Origin: Truepera sp. | Lineage (GTDB): Bacteria; Deinococcota; Deinococci; Deinococcales; Trueperaceae | Direction: 5' to 3' | DNA length: 64,000 nucleotides | Assembly (NCBI GenBank): GCA_965218435.1 | Contig: CBDCKW010000009.1 | Location: forward strand, 832,001 to 896,000 | Part shown: positions 59,082 to 64,000 of the stretch, piece after piece | Position numbering within the stretch: the stretch's first letter is position 1 | Layout: each line of letters begins with the position of its first letter | Notes under the pieces: generated by a model | What the model saw: the letters and a program-made list of their open reading frames with translations, nothing else | Told to the model about the DNA's origin: nothing | Database searches by the model: none | Translations under genes and position numbers: made by a program

Positions 59082-60343
59082 AGGTGATGGTCGTCGGTAG
59101 CGGTGGGCGCGAACACGCGCTGGTGTGGAAGCTGGCGCAGCCCAATCGGGTGACGGAAATCTTGGCGGTCCCCGGCAATGCGGGCATTGCGGAGTTGGCG
59201 TGTTGTGTAGACGCTGAGCTGACCCCGGAGGCGCTTTTGGCGGTGGCCGAACGTGAAAACATAGACTTTACCGTTGTCGGGCCGGAAGTGCCTTTGGTCG
59301 CAGGCGTCGTAGACGTGTTCGAGGCGGCAGGAAGGCGTATCTTTGGGCCGAACCGGGCGGCGGCGAGGCTCGAGGGTTCTAAAGTCTTTGCTAAAGCATT
59401 TATGGCGCGGCACCAGATTCCTACAGCGGCGTACCGGAGTTTTACCGAGCTTGACGAGGCGCGTAACTACCTCGAGACCCACTACCCAAACGCCGAGAGC
59501 TATCCGGTCGTCGTTAAAGATTCCGACCTCGCGGCGGGCAAAGGGGTGACGGTTGCCCGGACGCGCGGCGAAGCGGTCGGGGCGTTGGGGGCCGTTCTAC
59601 AAGATGGTGGCGAGGTGATGCTCGAGGCGTTTTTAACCGGCCAAGAGGTGAGTTTGTTGCTCCTGACCGACGGAGACACCGTACGGCCCTTACCGCTCGC
59701 CCAAGATTATAAACAAGCGTTTGACGGCGACCTCGGGCCGATGACCGGCGGGATGGGCGTCGTCGCGCCGGTACCGCTCTTAAGTGACGCGCAGTTCACC
59801 GAAGTCATGAAAACGGTCGTAACGCCGACGCTCGCCGGGCTCCGCGCCGAAGGGATGAGCTACCGGGGCGTGCTTTTTATCGGGCTGATGGTCACAGATG
59901 AGCGGGTCGAAGTTTTGGAGTACAACGTCCGCTTCGGTGACCCTGAAACGCAGGCGGTCTTGCCGCTGTTGAAGAGTGATTTGCTCGAGCTTTTGGAAGC
60001 TACCGCTGCCGGACGTTTGAGCGAGGTGACGCCGAGGTGGTCGCAAGAAGCGTCGGCGTGTGTGGTGCTGGCTGCGCCGGGGTATCCGGGTGGGTATCCG
60101 ACGGGCTTGCCGCTTAAACTGCCCGACACACTGCCGGAACATATCCGGGTGTTTCACGCGGGTACAGCTTTAGGAGAGCGTGGGTTGGTCTCGAGCGGGG
60201 GCCGCGTCTTAAACGTTGTGGCGTGGGCGGAAACTTTACCTGAAGCAGTCGCTGACGCCTACCGGGGCGTTGCTCAGGTAGATTTTCCTAGCGCACATCT
60301 GCGGCGTGACGTCGGTGGACGTCTGAAAATGCCTGCTAAGTAA
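59078..60343 (+). CDS. purD: Phosphoribosylamine-glycine ligase
   Basis: GSGGREHAL, LEGSK, AAGKGV, TGGMG, EYNVRFGDPETQ, SGGRVL. Confidence 0.97.
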   Translation: MKVMVVGSGGREHALVWKLAQPNRVTEILAVPGNAGIAELACCVDAELTPEALLAVAERENIDFTVVGPEVPLVAGVVDVFEAAGRRIFGPNRAAARLEGSKVFAKAFMARHQIPTAAYRSFTELDEARNYLETHYPNAESYPVVVKDSDLAAGKGVTVARTRGEAVGALGAVLQDGGEVMLEAFLTGQEVSLLLLTDGDTVRPLPLAQDYKQAFDGDLGPMTGGMGVVAPVPLLSDAQFTEVMKTVVTPTLAGLRAEGMSYRGVLFIGLMVTDERVEVLEYNVRFGDPETQAVLPLLKSDLLELLEATAAGRLSEVTPRWSQEASACVVLAAPGYPGGYPTGLPLKLPDTLPEHIRVFHAGTALGERGLVSSGGRVLNVVAWAETLPEAVADAYRGVAQVDFPSAHLRRDVGGRLKMPAK

Positions 60344-60401
60344 TGAGCTGCGCCTGTACAAACTAGCGGGGCTCTACGCGGCTTAGTAGGTAGACTGACC
60401 C

Positions 60402-61091
60402 ATGACCCGGCCCCTCTACATTCTTGCAGCGTGTCTCGGACTCGCCGCTTGTGCGCCCGCTCCAGCTGCGCGGATCAGCGTCACCCAGCTCAGCGAAGCC
60501 CCGACCTACTACCCGCACCCGACAGGCGCGGTGTGGTCGTATCTCCCCGAAGGTGAGGCAGAAACTGCGCCCGTTCTTACCCAACGTGTCGAAGGTCCGA
60601 CGCTGATTGACGGACGGACACTGACGGCGTGGCACGCGACCGGACGCGGCTTTGATACCCGCACCTACCGCGATTACCGGGGCGACGGCGTGTTTATCCC
60701 CCGTGAAACCGGCCCCGGTTACGTGACGACCATCACGCCCGCCATCCGTGAGTGGCCCCGTGAACGGACGCTCAAGATTGGCTCGAGCTGGGGCGGCGAA
60801 GCCACGGCGACCATCAACTTTACCGACGCGGGCAAACGCGAACAGGTGCGGCTCGAGTACCGTTACGAAGTCGTAGATCAGCGCCCGGTTACGACGCCCG
60901 CCGGAACCTTTGACGTGTTCGTCGTTTCGTTTGAAAGCCGTTCGTACGGCGAAACAGGGGAGACCCAAGAGATCTTGCGGCAAGAGCTGTGGTTTGCGCC
61001 CTTTATCGGTGAGGTCAAAACCGACACCGGACTTTTTTTGCTCGAGACAAACCTACGCTCTGACGAGGCGGCTCCTGAAGACCCGAACTAG
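60402..61091 (+). CDS. Hypothetical lipoprotein
   Basis: Lipobox LAAC, VTTPAGTFD, WFAPFIG. Leaderless TAGACT-5 nt-ATG. Confidence 0.85.
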   Translation: MTRPLYILAACLGLAACAPAPAARISVTQLSEAPTYYPHPTGAVWSYLPEGEAETAPVLTQRVEGPTLIDGRTLTAWHATGRGFDTRTYRDYRGDGVFIPRETGPGYVTTITPAIREWPRERTLKIGSSWGGEATATINFTDAGKREQVRLEYRYEVVDQRPVTTPAGTFDVFVVSFESRSYGETGETQEILRQELWFAPFIGEVKTDTGLFLLETNLRSDEAAPEDPN

Positions 61092-61299
61092 GTTGTTGCG
61101 GCCCAACCCAGCGATGAACAGTCGCTAAACGCCATGCTTGACGATAAGCTGAGGCGGTCTGGGTACACTTACTTGTACGGCTTTTACCCCACACGTCCTA
61201 CAAAGCAATCCGGCCGAGGCTTGGTAGACTGGCCTATGTCCGACCCTTTTTATGCCTTAGTCTGCTCGCCGAGTGTCCCATGTCGAGGAGGTGCGCAAT

Positions 61300-63180
61300 A
61301 TGGCGATTCTTGAACGCGTCAACTCGACTGACGATGTTTCGGCGCTGTCAAAACCCGAACTTCACGAGCTAGCTGACGAACTGCGGAGCGAGATCATCCG
61401 GGTATGTTCGCTTGGCGGTGGGCATTTGGCCTCGAGCCTCGGCGCGGTCGAACTCACGGTGGCGCTGCATCACCTCTACAACACGGCGACGGACCGCATC
61501 GTCTGGGACGTGGGTCATCAGACCTACGGCCACAAGATCATCACCGGGCGTAAAGACCGGATTGATACCATCCGGCAACCGGGCGGTCTGGCGGGCTTTA
61601 CCACCACGTCGGAATCGCCACACGACGCGCTGACGGTCGGTCACGCCAGCACGAGTTTGGCGGCGGCCTTCGGGATGGCCTTAGCCCGTGACGCCCGCCA
61701 CGACCCTTACAACGTCATCGCAGTCATCGGGGACGGGTCACTGACCGGTGGGATGGCGCTCGCGGCGCTCAACCAAATCGGTCATGTGAAGCCGAAAATG
61801 ACCATCATCTTAAACGACAACGAGATGTCGATCAGCGAAAATGTGGGTGGATTGAACACCTTTATGCGCACCCTGCAGGTCAAACCGTGGCTCCACAAAG
61901 CCGAGGCGACGAGCAAGGCGACGCTCGCGCAGATTTGGGAACCGCTCGTGGATTTGGGCAGCCGCAGTAAAAAGGCGCTCCGGCGGTTTTTCGACCCGGC
62001 CTCGAGCAACCCCTTTCACGCGATGGGCGTGCGTTACGTCGGGCCGATCGACGGGCACGATATTGACCAACTGCTCTACTACTTAGAGCACGTCCAACAG
62101 CTCGACGGCCCCACCATGCTCCACATCGTCACCAAAAAGGGCAAAGGCTACAAGATTGCCGAATCCGACCCGATCAACTGGCACGGCGCGTCGAAGTTTG
62201 ACCCGGACAATCCCATCGTTGCGGGTAAGGGTTACACCTGGGCAGGCGCGTTCGGCGACGCCGCGAGCAAGCTCGCTGACTTTGACGACCGCGTGTGGGT
62301 CATTACCCCGGCGATGCGTGAGGGCAGCGGTTTGGTTGAATATTCCAAAATACACCCGGAACGCTACCTCGATGTGGGCATTGCCGAAGACGTCGCGGTG
62401 ACGACGGCGGCGGGTCTCGCGCTGCGCGGTGAAAAACCGATCGTCGCCATCTACAGCACCTTTTTACAACGCGGTTACGATCAGGTCATTCACGACGTCT
62501 GTCTTGAAAACTTAGACGTGATCTTCGCAGTTGACCGGGCCGGTCTGGTTGGTGGTGACGGTGCGACGCACCAGGGTGTCTACGATTTGGCCTATTTGCG
62601 GGCGCTACCGAACATGTCCGTGGCGATGCCCAAAGACGCCGCCGAAATGCACGCGATGCTGAAAACGGCGCTCCGGCTGGGCGGCCCCAAGGCGCTCCGC
62701 TGGCCGCGCGGCAAGACGCTCGAGGCTCCCGACGGCGGCGCAGAGACGTGGCCGGAACTGGGGTGGGGGACGTGGGAGGTCATCAAACCCGGCCAATGCG
62801 CCTACATTTTAGGGCTCGGCCCGACGCTCATCTATGCGCTCGAGGCCGCCCAAGGCTTAGACGACGTCGGCGTGGTCAACGCCCGCTTTATCAAACCGCT
62901 CGACGAGGCGATGCTCACGCGCCTCGCACGTGAAGCCGACGTGCTGATCACCGTAGAAGACCATGTGCTGACCGGCGGGCTCGGGACCGCGGTCGCTGAA
63001 GTTCTGCAAGATAAACACCTCGACGTGTCGCTGATTCGCCTCGGCATTCCCGACGAACACGTCCCACACGGTGACCCGGTAGCGCAGCACGAAGCGTATG
63101 GTTACGGACCCAAAGGGATTCGGCAGACCTTGGTACGGCTCGGGCTTACCGACCGGGTACTCTTAGAAGCGTCCGACTAG
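61300..63180 (+). CDS. dxs: 1-deoxy-D-xylulose-5-phosphate synthase
   Basis: GGHLASSLG, WDVGHQ, IGDGSLTGG, NDNEMSIS, DRAGLVG.DGATH. GAGGAG RBS. Confidence 0.97.
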   Translation: MAILERVNSTDDVSALSKPELHELADELRSEIIRVCSLGGGHLASSLGAVELTVALHHLYNTATDRIVWDVGHQTYGHKIITGRKDRIDTIRQPGGLAGFTTTSESPHDALTVGHASTSLAAAFGMALARDARHDPYNVIAVIGDGSLTGGMALAALNQIGHVKPKMTIILNDNEMSISENVGGLNTFMRTLQVKPWLHKAEATSKATLAQIWEPLVDLGSRSKKALRRFFDPASSNPFHAMGVRYVGPIDGHDIDQLLYYLEHVQQLDGPTMLHIVTKKGKGYKIAESDPINWHGASKFDPDNPIVAGKGYTWAGAFGDAASKLADFDDRVWVITPAMREGSGLVEYSKIHPERYLDVGIAEDVAVTTAAGLALRGEKPIVAIYSTFLQRGYDQVIHDVCLENLDVIFAVDRAGLVGGDGATHQGVYDLAYLRALPNMSVAMPKDAAEMHAMLKTALRLGGPKALRWPRGKTLEAPDGGAETWPELGWGTWEVIKPGQCAYILGLGPTLIYALEAAQGLDDVGVVNARFIKPLDEAMLTRLAREADVLITVEDHVLTGGLGTAVAEVLQDKHLDVSLIRLGIPDEHVPHGDPVAQHEAYGYGPKGIRQTLVRLGLTDRVLLEASD

Positions 63181-63211
63181 CGGGCGCTCACCTGTACTTA
63201 ACAACCCGTGC

Positions 63212-63240
63212 TTGACACCCCACAAGCGAGTAGGTATGCT
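63212..63240 (+). promoter_or_regulatory. tRNA promoter
   Basis: TTGACA-17 bp-TATGCT. Confidence 0.8.
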
Positions 63241-63253
63241 CGAGCTTAGGCGT

Positions 63254-63329
63254 GGAGCCGTAGTGTAGGGGTTAGCATATCTGCCTGTCACGCAGAAGGT
63301 CGCGGGTTCAAATCCCGTCGGCTCCGCCA
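63254..63329 (+). tRNA. tRNA-Asp(GTC)
   Basis: 76 nt, GGAGCCG acceptor stem, anticodon loop CTGTCAC, GGTTCAAATCC T-arm, encoded CCA. Confidence 0.97.
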
Positions 63330-63358
63330 CAAAAAATCCAGACAGGCAAAACACAGTC

Positions 63359-63383
63359 AAAACCGGACGGCTGTCCGGTTTTC
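63359..63383. terminator. Bidirectional terminator
   Basis: AAAACCGGAC-GGCT-GTCCGGTTTT. Confidence 0.8.
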
Positions 63384-63401
63384 TCGTATTCAGGCCGTGC
63401 T

Positions 63402-64000
63402 TTACTCCGCCAGCTCGAAGGCCACGTCAGGTAAAAATTCACCTGCGGTGGAGCCCTGACCGACGCCGCAATCTCCGTCGGATTCGTCCGGCGCTTTGAC
63501 CCACAAAAGAAACTCGAGCCCCGTCTTACCCGCGACGTTACGCGACGTCACGCCGAGCTTGCGCCCCGCCGGGTTGCACCAATCGTTGCCCGGACCTGTC
63601 CCGTTCCGGCTCGTGTCAATTACAAAGCGCGTGTGGCCGCCGAGCAACCGGACGATTCTGTCGCCGTAGCTTCGACTTTCCTCGGTCGTTCGGTAGTTCG
63701 AGGTGTTGAGCGCGAAGCCTGCCGCCTTGCCGACGTCGGCTGCTTTTAACCGAGCCGCCATGTCCGCCGCAGATTTCCAGTTCGAATTGCCCGCATCCAA
63801 GTAGACTTTGGCGTTTGGTGCCTGACGGCTAAACTCGTTTACGGCAAACTCGAGCAAGCCCGTGACGAGTTCGGTATTTATGCCCTTTTGACAATCAAGT
63901 AGGAGCGGCAGCGCGTCGGGCTCGAGCACGACCACTGCCTGACGTTGCCCGAGACCCCCCGCAAAGTTACGAATCCAAGTTTTATACGCCTCGGCGCTGC
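63402..64000 (-). CDS. Glycoside hydrolase family 6 cellulase, C-terminal part (runs off window)
   Basis: VVLEPDAL, YLDAGN, NTSNY, FVIDTSRNG, WCNPAGR, WVKAPDESDGDC. Confidence 0.92.
   Translation of the reverse strand, partial: SAEAYKTWIRNFAGGLGQRQAVVVLEPDALPLLLDCQKGINTELVTGLLEFAVNEFSRQAPNAKVYLDAGNSNWKSAADMAARLKAADVGKAAGFALNTSNYRTTEESRSYGDRIVRLLGGHTRFVIDTSRNGTGPGNDWCNPAGRKLGVTSRNVAGKTGLEFLLWVKAPDESDGDCGVGQGSTAGEFLPDVAFELAE

Noticed and set aside
1..64000. CRISPR array or cas genes
   Set aside because: No regularly spaced direct repeats with unique spacers. The triplicated 10-mer and the 38-mers are explained by transposon biology.

Overview
A 64-kb bacterial chromosomal window. The host is most likely Deinococcota (Truepera-like), inferred from a DUF1999-like gene, pervasive leaderless genes and abundant CTCGAG. 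The housekeeping backbone comprises moaC, prlC, purS/purC/purB, purN-purD, hslVU, dusA, can, dxs and tRNA-Asp. Accessory content: a LacI-controlled family-5 oligosaccharide ABC transporter with a beta-mannosidase remnant; an XRE/S24 repressor module; an eboC/eboF-like pair; a SHOCT protein plus two-component system; MarR-MFS; mazEF; and a partial GH6 cellulase. Mobile DNA: two IS982-like copies, two dead IS200 tnpA elements, an intact ISAs1 with an adjacent MITE, and a decayed Tn3-family region. The most notable observations are (i) three same-orientation Tn3-type 38-bp ends delimiting two regulator+cargo modules; (ii) a CI/LexA-like repressor with Cys at the catalytic Ser position, twin operators and a downstream Zn-ribbon gene whose RBS lies in a 21-bp hairpin; (iii) a 6S-like rod-shaped ncRNA candidate; (iv) tandem elements sharing one triplicated 10-bp target; (v) CTCGAG over-representation; and (vi) unannotated leaderless micro-ORFs. 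All calls come from reading the sequence; no searches were run.
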